Positions 24,678-38,953 of a stretch of DNA of 64,000 nucleotides are shown piece after piece. Source of the stretch: the human T2T-CHM13v2.0 reference genome, Homo sapiens. The notes beneath the pieces were generated by a model. The model saw only the letters and a list, made by a program, of their open reading frames with translations. It did no database searches and was not told the origin of the DNA. The position numbers and the translations under genes were made by a program. The stretch's first letter is position 1. Each line of letters opens with the position of its first letter. The stretch lies in NCBI RefSeq assembly GCF_009914755.1, contig NC_060926.1; one strand, given 5' to 3'.

Positions 24678-26830
24678 TTTTAATAAATTTTAATTTATTT
24701 CAACAATGTTTTCTGCTTGAACCTATGTCCCCTACTGGGGAAAAAAGGAAAGCCAAAGGTATATTTTAGGTGCCCTAAAACATCATGATAGCCTGAATAG
24801 CCACCCATATGAATTGACATAATTGCTAGCCCATGTTTAGGGAAGTAGCCCATCTCTACCTTCATTGTCAATACTTGTACAATGAAATTCATGAAAGAAG
24901 TTGATGTAGTTAGAGTGGATCTTATTGGGTAGGCATCTAGAATAATATAAAAACAAGCAAACAAATAAATAAATCACACCTGCTTATGAAGCCACTCTGT
25001 TTCCTTGCTTAATGAATATATAATGTAGCTTCTTCATGAGAAGAATAAAAAAAGGTCCTGATCAGTGATTCAGTTTAAAGTACAGAAAATGTACCAACTA
25101 ATTTTTTTAAAGACTTGTCAAGGGGAGTAGTGAGAGAAAAAGTACCAACTTTAATTCATCACAACTGTATTTAGTCTTAAAGTTTTATTTGAAGCAGTTT
25201 TATTGCCATTTGGTACCAAATGACATTTTCAAACTTTTAAAATTTCTCAAAGAATTAAGAATGCATAGCTGTATATGGGCAAATATAAGTCCTCTGGTTT
25301 CTATAACATACTACTCAAAAAAGAAAAGCCACACAGTCTGAGACCTCTTACTGTGGGAATCCACAGCAATATTGTGTATATTTTAATGAAAGTCTGTAGC
25401 ATTCATTTTTATTTTGCATTTTGTTTCTGATTTTGTGTATGTTTGACATGTCACTTTCACATTAGCCTCTGAAATCCTCAGAGGCAAATCATCCTTAGAG
25501 TATGTCACTGTGCTTGCATAGGCTAGGAATTCAAGGAAGGCTGGTTGAACAGCAAAATGAAACAGAATTTTGCTTGGGTTCAGTTCATACCTATTCTCTC
25601 ACATGCACTCACAAACTTTACTAGTGCCATAATAAGGAATTTAGAAACTGGATTGAAGGGGTATAGAACTAAATAAATTTTAAATAGTTTTTTTTTTTTT
25701 TGCCTTATCTAACTGGAGATGTTTGAAATTTAGGCTATCTTTTATTTAAAAAAAAAAAAGTTTAAATCAGATGATCCGAAGGTAAATGAAAAAGGAAAAA
25801 CAAAAAACAAAAGAAAAAAATGAAAGAAAATAGGAGATTTCAAATTATATGAGTGAATTGTTTGAGTATTTTTTTTAGTTGAGTGGATAATTCGTTAATT
25901 TTTTTTTTTAGTTGGCATAGAAAGAATTTAGGATTCTGCACATCTTAGACTTGTATATAGAGATATATAGGTGAGGTGGGATAAAGAATGAGGCAAGAAT
26001 CCAAAAGGGAATGACACCAAATTTTACAGCTAAAGTCAGTCTTATGCCTGGTGGATAATTAGGTTTAAGAGCTGAACATGAAGGATTATTGATTTGTAGA
26101 GTAGAGGAGTTTTGATTCCTCTGACTTTCATATCTTCATACATTATTGAAAAAGGTCAAAGGTGTGTATGCTTAGGACCATTACATCAGCTTTACAGTTC
26201 TCTAGGGAACATAGTGAAGTTTGCTATTCAGCTACTACCATTCTCTACTCAGGCATTTGTTGGAGGAGAAAATAGGCATGTGCAGGGAGCAGAGGTCACT
26301 GCCATGTTCTTGTATAAGGTCATCCAGGTGCCCACAATAGAACACTAGGATCAACATATTTGCAGTGAGCCTTAGAAGGAGAAAAATGTTTGCCTAAGCC
26401 ATGATTTTATCACACCAAACTACAGTCTATTTTTTTAAATAAGGAGATTATTCGGTGATAATGAAGATACTCAACAGTGCATGAGAACTTTTTACTATTC
26501 TTATAATTCAGGCTGGTCAATTTATGCATTCTCAACAACTATTAAATCTATACCCTTTCTCTTTTTTCTCTTTCTTCCCTAACTTTGTTTCATTTGGCCC
26601 AGTGTTTGACACGGTTTGCTTCATGTTTGCAAATTATATGTAATTTTACATCCAGATGTTGGACATGAACTCTGTGATCCTCTCTTGGGCTTCTATTGAT
26701 ATTACTCTAGTGAATAATTAATCAAACAGATCTTACAAAGAAACTGTTCTGGCTTTCCTTGAAGCGTTTCTCCTTTCAGAATATGCATAAACTACTTCCA
26801 TATTAGTAAGTATATTTTCAGGATAGAATA

Positions 26831-26941
26831 TAAATTAAATTCACATTAGTAATTTGTGACTTCCTTAAAGATGGGAAGCAGATGATTCTCATCTTTTTGA
26901 GCACACATTTAAATAAATTAATTAGATTTACTTTTATGTTA
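26831..26941 (+). repeat. Inverted repeat arm A (111 bp)
   Basis: Reverse complement of 28243-28353, ungapped, 6 mismatches by hand alignment. Confidence 0.95.
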
Positions 26942-27334
26942 ATTGGAATAGTTGATATAACCGAGTCACTAGCAGGCAAAGACTAAATAACGGTTTTCTG
27001 CTCTTAAAAAATTAAATATCATCTGCTCTCTAGAATTGTGTCCATTTTAGTGTTTAGTTTCTATACATGTTGATCTTCATAAGATGCTGCACAAAATTAT
27101 TACTTGATATGAAGCATCATCCATATGTTTCCAAAAGCACAAAGTTATTTATCCTGTAAACACTACATTTTTAAAGGCTTTGCTTTTTTTGTTTGTTCCA
27201 GCAAGAAGTAGGGTGTTAGAGCAATAATAAAAATTAAAATTAATGGGAAACAAGAAGCTATCAAGTAAATACACTCTTAGCATATTGTTTTTACCTTCAA
27301 TTTTTTACGATCTGGGGTTTGAAATATTTACTAG

Positions 27335-27689
27335 TGATATGGTTTGGCTTTGTGTCCCCACCCAAATCTCATCTCGAATTGTAATCCCTCGGTGTTGAGG
27401 GAGGAACCTGGTGGGTGGGGACTGATCATAGGGGAAGTTTCTCCCATGCTGTTCTCATGAGAGTGAGTGAGTTCTCATGAGATCTGATGGTTTTATAAGG
27501 GGCTATTCCATCTTCACTCTGTCTTGCCTGCTGCCATTTAAGATTTGCCTGCTTCTGCTTCCGCCACGATTGGAAGTTTCCTGAGTCCTCCCCAGTCATG
27601 TAGAACCGTGAGTCAATCAAACATTTTTCCTTTATAAATCACCCAGTCTAAGGTATTTCTTTATAGGAGTGTGAAAGCGAACTAACACA
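27335..27689 (+). mobile_element. THE1C/D (ERVL-MaLR) solo LTR
   Basis: 'tgatatggtttggctttgtgtccccacccaaatctcatc ... gaactaacaca'; 5-bp TSD actag at 27330-27334 and 27690-27694. Confidence 0.92.
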
Positions 27690-27832
27690 ACTAGTTACTT
27701 CAAGTTGACAAATGGAGCAAAATACTGAGTTTGCGAAGATACATTTATATCATAATCCTCTAAGAGGATATTTACTTGCACGAACAAATTACTTAGCTTG
27801 AGGAACATTGCTGAGAAAATAAAAACAGAACA

Positions 27833-28139
27833 GGCCAGGCACGGTGGCTCACGCCTGTAATCCCAGCACTTTGGGAGGCCCAGACAGGCAGATCACGAGG
27901 TCAGGAGATCGAGACCATCCTGGCTAACACGGTGAAACCCTGTCTCTACTAAAAATACAAAAAAAATTAGCCGGAAGTGGTGATGGGTGACTGTAGTCCC
28001 AGCTACTCGGAGGCTGAGGCAGGAGAATGGCGTGAACCCAGGAGGCGGAGCTTGCAGTGAGCCGAGATCGCGCCACTGCACTCTAGCCTGAGCGACAGAG
28101 CGAGACTCTGTCTCAAAAAAAGAATAAAATAAAATAAAT
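27833..28139 (+). mobile_element. AluY
   Basis: Full dimer; TSD aacagaaca at 27824-27832 and 28140-28148. Confidence 0.95.
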
Positions 28140-28152
28140 AACAGAACAAAAC

Positions 28153-28224
28153 AGAGCTTCAGTTTTCTCATCTGCATAATGGAAATGATAAAATTTATCC
28201 CTCACAAATTTTAAATGAGAATGC
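28153..28224 (+). mobile_element. MIR core fragment
   Basis: 'gagcttcagttttctcatctgcataatggaaatgataaaatttatccctcaca'. Confidence 0.75.
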
Positions 28225-28242
28225 TTTTTTACTTTTTTTTAC

Positions 28243-28353
28243 TAACATAAAAGTAAATCTAATCGATTTATTTAAATGTGTGCTCAACAAGATGAGAATC
28301 ATCTGCTTTCCATCTTTAAGAAAGTCACAAATTACTAATGTGAATATAATTTA
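28243..28353 (-). repeat. Inverted repeat arm B (111 bp)
   Basis: Reverse complement of 26831-26941; preceded on + by the T-rich tract 28225-28240. Confidence 0.95.
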
Positions 28354-30749
28354 AATATTATATATTATATACTTAGTATACATTTCCTTCTTGTTGCTTT
28401 CTCCTTCTGCTGAATGCTTAAATAAATAAATAATAAAATTAGATTCACAAGTGTTTAATCTCAGTTTCTCTGCAAACTCAATAAATGCTAGACATTTAGA
28501 AGTATAATTTCCCACCGTTCACAGAATAATATGATGTCTCCAAGTGAACATAGAAATAGATCCTTGTCTTAACTTCCTCTTATACTATCTATGTCACAAT
28601 GCCAGGGAACCGTTTCTCATCTCGAACGGCACTCTACGGGTCTTGAATCTTGTTTGACACAGTGGAAGGTAATGCAGGGTGTCCTTTTGGGAAACTCTCT
28701 GCAGCTGAAAATATGCCAGTAAGCCTGAAAGTTTTCCTCGGATAACCTGTGAGAAATGGCAGCGAAATAGTTCAATTTCTCCATTTCTAGGAGATAGGAG
28801 GTGTGATAATTGGTCTTCTTCTATGTCAGTCATCACACAGACCATTTCCCACTCATTATAAACAGCTTAGGGGAGTTCTGGTTCTCCTCTAATCTAATCA
28901 GAAAAGTTGAGTAGATGCTTAGGATTTCAACTATAATTTTATTAAAAGAAAAAACTGATGGCAATTTATAACTTAAAATAAAATATAGATTATGATACTT
29001 TTTTTTCAAAAATCTAAGCATTAAGACTTGTTATGTATTTGTTTTATATTGTTTCTTTTATGTTTTGTTTTGGGGTTTTATGCCTGTAAAATAAAGTATC
29101 TAAATTTGGTTTGGATTAGTGCATTGTTGAGGATGAATTTTTGTTCCAGGGAATTAATGGATGTAAAGAATATAATCTCACATGGAGTTAAAATACATCA
29201 GTTAAGTAATAGATCTAATTTTGATTAATTTTTATGCAGAACAAACTGGCTTATAATAAACCTTGTCAAAAAACCAAGGAACATTTTTAAATAATTGAAA
29301 ATGAATGCAGCATATCAATCTATGGAGTGTAGTTCAACAAATCATTCTGTACATATTAGTTTTACAATGATTTTTCCATTGTTACCATTTCAAATTGATT
29401 TAGGTATTTCATAAAATGAGGGTATTTTATGAAATGCTTTTGCCAGCCATAGAAATATAACTGTGTATGACTGTTAAAATTAATATCAAAATTTTATTAA
29501 TGTATTTTAATATTAATGTATTTTATCAGCTTTGTAATCTTTATAAGTATACTTTTTCTTTAAGTAAATATATACTAAAATAGCATAATGATCAAATATC
29601 TGATTCACAAATAATACTGTCATTTAAAAGATAACAGTGGAATAGTAGATTGTGGCTTATTCATAAAATAATCACTTTCATATTCTCTTTTTTGAAAGTA
29701 GCTTTGTAAGAGTTGTGAATGTGCTGAAATTTGTTTATGGATTTTGGTGATTTTTTGTAACAGCAAGGAAAAGTATGCAAATTTAAACCTTTCTTCCGTA
29801 TCACTCAGTTATTTTATTACAAGAAGGCAGGTTAATGACTGCAAACAGCTTTACAGCCTGACACAGGTTCTCTGCTATTACTCAAAGTACAAAACTCAGA
29901 ATTAATATTACTTGAAAATCTACTGGTTGAGGGTAAAAAATGCTGCTTCTATGTTTATATTTCCATGACACTATACCAAATTCAGATCATTGGAGCCAGA
30001 TATATTGGTCCTGAACTCATAAATGTTGAATAATTTAAAAGACTAAGCTAAAAAGCTGATTAACAGAAGAAGTTGAAAAAACACAATAAAATATGAAACA
30101 AACATCTGTATTCAAACTTCAAAAGTTTCAACTAACATTATGTCTCTCAAAGTTTCAAGTCTACCTTGTCCCAAAGGCCTCAGTGAGTCTTTGTCTACAA
30201 TCCAATTTAGTTTCTCCAAAGGGAGAAATTACCATTAATCTTTAATTTACCTTTCTGTGCATTTTAAAATAGAACATTTTAAAGTTTTCTTTATGAAGAA
30301 AATTTTCATGTTAATCCACATTCTCAATGCCTTTGGACTGGAAAAAGTATAAATTAAGGATCAGAAAGTTAGTTATGAAAGTAGCTTATGTAATTCAGAT
30401 TTTGTTTACTGAACCATGAATCAAATATATTTATTTACACTAAAATACACTTTCCACTTCTTTAATTTTATGCTAATATTATATAATTATAAAATCATTA
30501 CCACTTATATATAAGTATTGTATTAGAAAAAAGTAGCACAAGAAATTTTAGAGTGAAACATATAAAATTTCTATGTTCGGTGAAGAAAAATTATCAAATA
30601 GCTGCAATTGATATATATGTGTAATTTAACCTAATACAAAAAATTCTGCCAAGTATATACTTCTTTCTAGCTTAAAAAATATTTTCTCCAAGGCAATTTC
30701 TCATTTGTTAAAGATAATATTTTTGGATTCTTAGCCAGTCCAAAATCCT

Positions 30750-30935
30750 CGCCATGCATTAAACATTGAATCCACACAAAAAAAGCCTGTGACTGGGAAC
30801 AGTTATCAGCTCCATTTTACGGGTGAGAAGCCTGACACTTAGATCCTACACAATATGCCCAAGATCACACAGAAAAGAGGGGAGAAAGGGGCCAGAATCT
30901 AGTCGGTCTGGCTGTAAGACCTGCTTTCTCATCTA
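30750..30935 (-). mobile_element. MIR
   Basis: 'ctccattttacgggtgagaagcctgacacttag...tgcccaagatcacacag...gtctggctgtaagacctgctttc'. Confidence 0.75.
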
Positions 30936-30964
30936 CCACAATAAAGACAGGTCAGGTAGTATTA

Positions 30965-31524
30965 TGGTCAGTTTTACTATAATGCTTGTTTTGAAAATGT
31001 GAATTTGTTTCAGTGTAATCAATAGATTAGGCAACAATTTGAGCACACTGAAAATTTTATTTGTTGATACGTGATTTTGACAGAACAACAGTAGATGAGC
31101 ACAGAACACTGAGCCCAGCTGAACCAAGCCAGGTAGGCATACACAAATCGCACACACTCACGTACTTTGAACTTCTATCAGATACCGTCCAATTTCACAT
31201 AACCCTCCTTCCTCCACCACTTCACAATAACTGAAAAGTTGTAACCCTTCCAACAACCACGAGCAAACCTTAAATCTTTTTCAAGGTAAAGTGCCAAATG
31301 TGTTATGGCTTATATGCATTTCTTAATTATTGAACTATAAAATTGTGCTTCAATTTTTATGATCTTATGTGTCTATGTTTGTTCTTTCTTTCTTACTGGT
31401 GACATTTTTGAATGTTGTGTCCCTAACCCCACTTTCCCCATAAACCCTGTGATTTTTACTTGTCAATTTTTATCATGCAGTGATTTTTAGGAACACATAT
31501 GTCCTATTATAACAGAACTGACTC
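30965..31524. mobile_element. Tigger-family DNA transposon (Tigger13a-like)
   Basis: Degenerate TIRs 'tggtcagttttactataatg' and 'tattataacagaactgactc', with TA on both sides (30963-30964, 31525-31526). Confidence 0.7.
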
Positions 31525-31535
31525 TATCCTATTTC

Positions 31536-31901
<366 letters not shown>

Positions 31902-32331
31902 TAACTTATCTGTTAAGCATGGAACAAGGCCTTATAATTGGTTCTTGTAATTCCAAACACAGGATTGTTTATACTACATCCTCCTGATATTTATACCTAA
32001 GTAGTAATAGAGCTAAATAAACATCATTATATCAGAGTTGTTGCATTTTTTTTTGAAGTCACACTTACAGCACCTTCCAGTACCTTCTTAAATTGTCTAT
32101 ACATTAGTATTTTTATCTTGTTAAATTCTAGAAGCATATACTTAACCCTAGGAACCAGGGCTGGTAAACATATGATATTTATAGACATTAATGTACCAGG
32201 GTTTTCAGAATAACCCCAAATTACCATTTGAATTAAACTGTTAATATATTTCATTTGTTGTCATACAGATAATCACTGGGTTTAGAAATCAGGTATCACA
32301 TAGTTGATTAGTATCTTGAGAAGATGGCATA

Positions 32332-33066
<735 letters not shown>

Positions 33067-34528
33067 GCATAAAACCATTCTAACAGTATTCTAATATTGG
33101 ACTTCCTTTTAGTCAAGTAAAAAAATATGTCTTATCTCTTTAAAATGCTTTTCAAAACCATTTCACTGCCAATTACAGAAGCATGGCCTGAATATCATAT
33201 ACTGCATTTCGGTATAATGGAGAGAGGGGAGATTCTCATCAGATGTGGGAAGGAAGTTTATAGAAGAAAGAAAAACTGTCACTGGATGGCAAAATCATAC
33301 CCTAAGCTAATTTATGTGTCTTAAACCATAAAATAACTTAATACATGTAAATTATTTATTATATTTTACAGCTCCTATAAAATAAAAGTTTAAATTAGGA
33401 CATTGAGAAAATATATCTTCAATTGGTTTTTGTGTCTGCTACATAACAATAACCCATAAAGCAGAAAAGAAATCAGATCCCTCACAACCACTAAAAATTT
33501 ATAGGCATGTTAAACTGACTAGGGGAAATATTTATGTGTGAATGTATATACGTGACTAGCTAGAGAGGAGTGTCCCTCAAAAGGGCAGGAGAATGCATGG
33601 TACAATGGTACACTGTATATATCTAGAGTTACATGAAAACTCTGATTCACAGAGGACATCTGCATTTCAAAAAGAGTGAAAGGAGAGAAATAAAGTAAGT
33701 CTTTTAGGAATGTAGGATGAGCTAATTGAAAATAGAGTATCAGTTTAGAAACACGGGCAAGTGCACATCAAAAAACAGCTTGCAATTTGGTCAGGATAAT
33801 TGTGCAGTTACAGTCATCAGGAAGTCCACTGAGGCACGTGTCAGGTTGTGGGCAAGAAATTATTGAGAATTTAAACGAATGCATGGAAATTTGTACCCAC
33901 AGAATAAAAAAGGACAACCTATATGAATTAAATTGTAAATTATATAAAGTACATTGAATTACAGATTTCTGTATAATTTAAATTAATACATGGAAATGTA
34001 TAACCACAGAATAATAAAAGACAACCCTGTTAGAGATTAAGTCTGGCTTACAGATTTTTATATATATATATGTAATATATTACATATATATCTGTAATAT
34101 ATCTGTAATATATTAAAGTGAAAGAAAAAGTGAGGAAAGTGAAACAACAAAGCTGGCACATATCAACATTCAATTGCTTCAAGATAAGTGATCAGGTCAA
34201 GCCTGTGCACCTAACTTATATGTAATTTATTTAATCGGAGTCCATCCCAATGCAGCATAAATGGTGATTCATTTAAAATGATAAAATATGAGTTAAATTG
34301 AGTATTGAAGGCTATGAGAAGGAAGAGAATGGAGAAAGCTGGCAATAAGAAGAATATATGATAAGTCACAACTTTTCTGATAGTACTACTTTGGAAATGA
34401 AGTTATGAATGTCAGCTACTAGATTCAAGTATAAAAATCATGATAAAAGTGTTCTGGATAATCAAAGCTGGGAAATAAATGTTACCAAGACTAGTTAACA
34501 CTTGTTTTAAAAATAACTTTTCATACGC

Positions 34529-34933
34529 TGTGTCTCAGACTGTTTCTGGTGCTATAACAAAACACCATAGACTGAGTAATTTATAAACAATGAAATGTAT
34601 TTCTCACAGTTCTGAATGCTGGAAAGTCCAAGATCAAGGCACCGACGGATTCTGTGTGTGGTGCATACAAGTGTGACATGGTTCCGAGATGGTGCTTTGT
34701 TGCTCTGTCCTCCGGAGGGGTAAATGATGTGTGCTCACACAGCAGAAGTGACTGAAGAGCAAGAGGGTCAAAATCTGTTCCTCAAATCCTTTTATAAGGG
34801 CAATAATCCCACCATGAGGGCTGAGCTTTCATAACCTAATTATACCTCAAAGACCCCACGTGTAAGACCATCACCTTGGGGATAAGTTCCAACATATGAG
34901 TTTTAGAGGGACACAAACAGACAAACCACAACA
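34529..34933 (-). mobile_element. MSTD/MLT1A-type MaLR solo LTR
   Basis: 'gctataacaaaacaccatagactgagtaatttataaacaa...tctcacagttctg...gtccaagatcaaggcacc...ccaacatatgagttttagagggacacaaac'. Confidence 0.85.
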
Positions 34934-36035
34934 GGTGGCTTCTTAGAAATACATTTCAGGATTAGATTCGTTCATCATTCTTTAGAACTGAATACCAACT
35001 GAATTGAATAAAATCCAGTTCAATACATTTATGACTAAATCCATGGCCCATATGTAAGGCTATTAATCACCATCATTATGCAGCAGGCATGCTGCAATTA
35101 TTAGTACCATTATTTTGGAAATGGGAAAGTAAAGACGAAGCCACTTGACCATTTTGGAAATGCTCTCTAGGACTTAACATTTGAACAGAACATCAAGGTG
35201 CTTGTTAACTTTTGGTGCCAGTACTATGTTGAATTTGATTCCTTTAGAATGATATGGCTTGGCAGCTGTCGGGATGTCTGAGGGTGAGGTGTACGGAAGT
35301 GACATTGACACCTCTGAATAGTTTTCAACACTCTTTCTAGTCCAAGAAAACCTGTGTGTTAGGAAGATAACACCATGCATCTCAAAGGTTAATGTATTTG
35401 ATAAAATCCCTTCAGGCCATAATGTAGAAAAAAAGTTATAGCATTTAAAATAAAGAAAAAACAAACATATGCTATGTTCAGCATTTGAGATCATCTAAAT
35501 GTGAGCAACTTCCAACACAAATCAAATACTACAAATCACCCCTTCAAATTTTTCCTTCAGAATCTCCCTTTTCTGAAATGCATTCCAATTGATGAATATT
35601 TCTCACAACAATGCTTTTTTCACTTCGTTTCATTTCAGAGTAAATTATTCAGAAAGATGCATGTTTCATCTTTTGAAAGATATTTGAGTCAGGCTTCTGT
35701 TGGGCCTGGAAAAGCAAAGCAAAAAAAAAAGAAAAAGAAAACCAAAAAACAAAAAACAAACAAAAAAGAATGTAATGAATGGCATAATTTTACTCTTGTT
35801 CATTTTTTATATCAAGAATAATTTATTCTTTGTTTTGCATAGTAGAAAGGTCACTTAAGTGGTCCCTCTTTTAAAAATAAAAATATAAGGAATAAGTGTT
35901 TTACCAATTGGTTGATATTAGAATAAAGAAAAGCCCTCTCTTTTTATATTTTGCTTTTTATTTTAAGCAAATTTGACTCATTTCTTAGTATGGAGAGGTA
36001 TATGATAGAAGTGGCCTCAAACGTATATGATTTAC

Positions 36036-37447
<1,412 letters not shown>

Positions 37448-37679
37448 TTAGGAGGTGGATGCTTTGCATCCTCTAAGCAACTTCATTTCAACCTTCCTAA
37501 ATGCACTATATATGTCTCTCTTTGGGATGCTCCTTTGTACTAGTTGTAATATTTTACTGGTCCCCTCATTAATTAGTATGTGTTAAACAGACTCTTTGGC
37601 ATTTGTTCATTTCATATCTGTATGAGAGTTGTGATTTTTTTTACCTTTTAAAAATATTATTTAACGCTACATATTTAGA

Positions 37680-38085
37680 TCAAGTCTGGACCTTGTCCTC
37701 TTCTAGTCCTTTTTATCTCAGAAGTACCACCATCCATTATTTTATCAACATACGTATTCAGGAAAGTTAGGATCATCTTCAGCTTCTTTTCTCCCTTCTC
37801 TCCTCTCTTCAGTTCATATCAAATCTACTCCCAAGATTTCCCTTAACTGGTTATCCTATTTAAATACATGAGCTCCTAATGGACAGTGAGTCTAGGCTTA
37901 GTGTGTTTAACATTTATGTCATTTATATATTCTTTGAAAAATTTTAAAATGCTTTTCAATGAGCAGTATTCCAAATAGACATCTTCATATTCAATCAATT
38001 TCCTGGTTCTATATATTTTACTTTCTAAGTATCTCTTCAAATCATCTGCTTTGTTCTATCTCCACAATTACCCTAGCTGCAGTAT
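37680..38085 (+). mobile_element. L2 fragments
   Basis: 'accaccatccatt...ggatcatcttcagcttcttttctccc...caaatctactcc' and 'caatcaatttcctggttctatatattttactttctaagtatctctt'. Confidence 0.5.
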
Positions 38086-38640
38086 GGACAAAATGCTGGA
38101 GTTGAGCATCACTGGAAGGAAGACTCAGTTAAAAGAAAAAAAGAAATCATTGTTACATTTAAGAAGATGGACATGGCATGATTTGATACAGATTGGCATG
38201 ATGTAAGTTTATGCATGTGGCAGGACGGCTGTCTCAATTTGTACTTGTATTTGTGCAGACATACTTGTAGGACAAGAGAAAAGAGAGCCAATAGATCATT
38301 TAGCACTTGCTGGAAGAGAGTAATTTACTAATCCATCATTTCATGGGGCTCATGGAGTATCAGAACAAAAGCCAAATTTTGGCTGAATGTACCTAGCTGT
38401 ATACTGCAAAGAAATATCATTTTTTTGATTACTTTGACAGAAGCCAGTCCAAATAGCACACAGAAAAGAGCAAATTGCTGTCTACATTTGACTGTGTCCT
38501 GGAAGAGTAACTGAGTGTAATATCTTCTGAGAAATATAAATAAAGACGTGTAGTTACACTATTGCTTAAAACATGCATGAAACTGTACGGTGTATCTTTT
38601 AAAAATGGAAAAGAAATCATTTTTAAAAGACTGAATTAAT

Positions 38641-38953
38641 TTTGTTTGGTTTGGTTTGGTTTTTTTTGAGACAGGGTCTTACTCTGTCATCCAGGCAGGA
38701 GTGCAGTGGGAATATAATGTCTCACTGCAGCCTCGACTTCCCTGGTTCAAGTAATCCTCCCACCCCAGCCTCCAAAGCAGATGGGACCACAGGCATGCGC
38801 CACCACACATGGATAACATTTAAAAATTTTTTTATAGTGACAGGGTCTCCCTATGTTGCCCAGACTGGTCTTGAATTATTGGGCTCAAACAATCTTCCCA
38901 CCTCAGCTCCCCCAAAATACTGGGATTACAAGTGTGAATCACAGTTCCAGACC
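38641..38953 (-). mobile_element. AluJ
   Basis: 'gagacagggtcttactctgtc...ctcactgcagcctcgacttcc'; 'aattttgtt' on both flanks. Confidence 0.92.
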
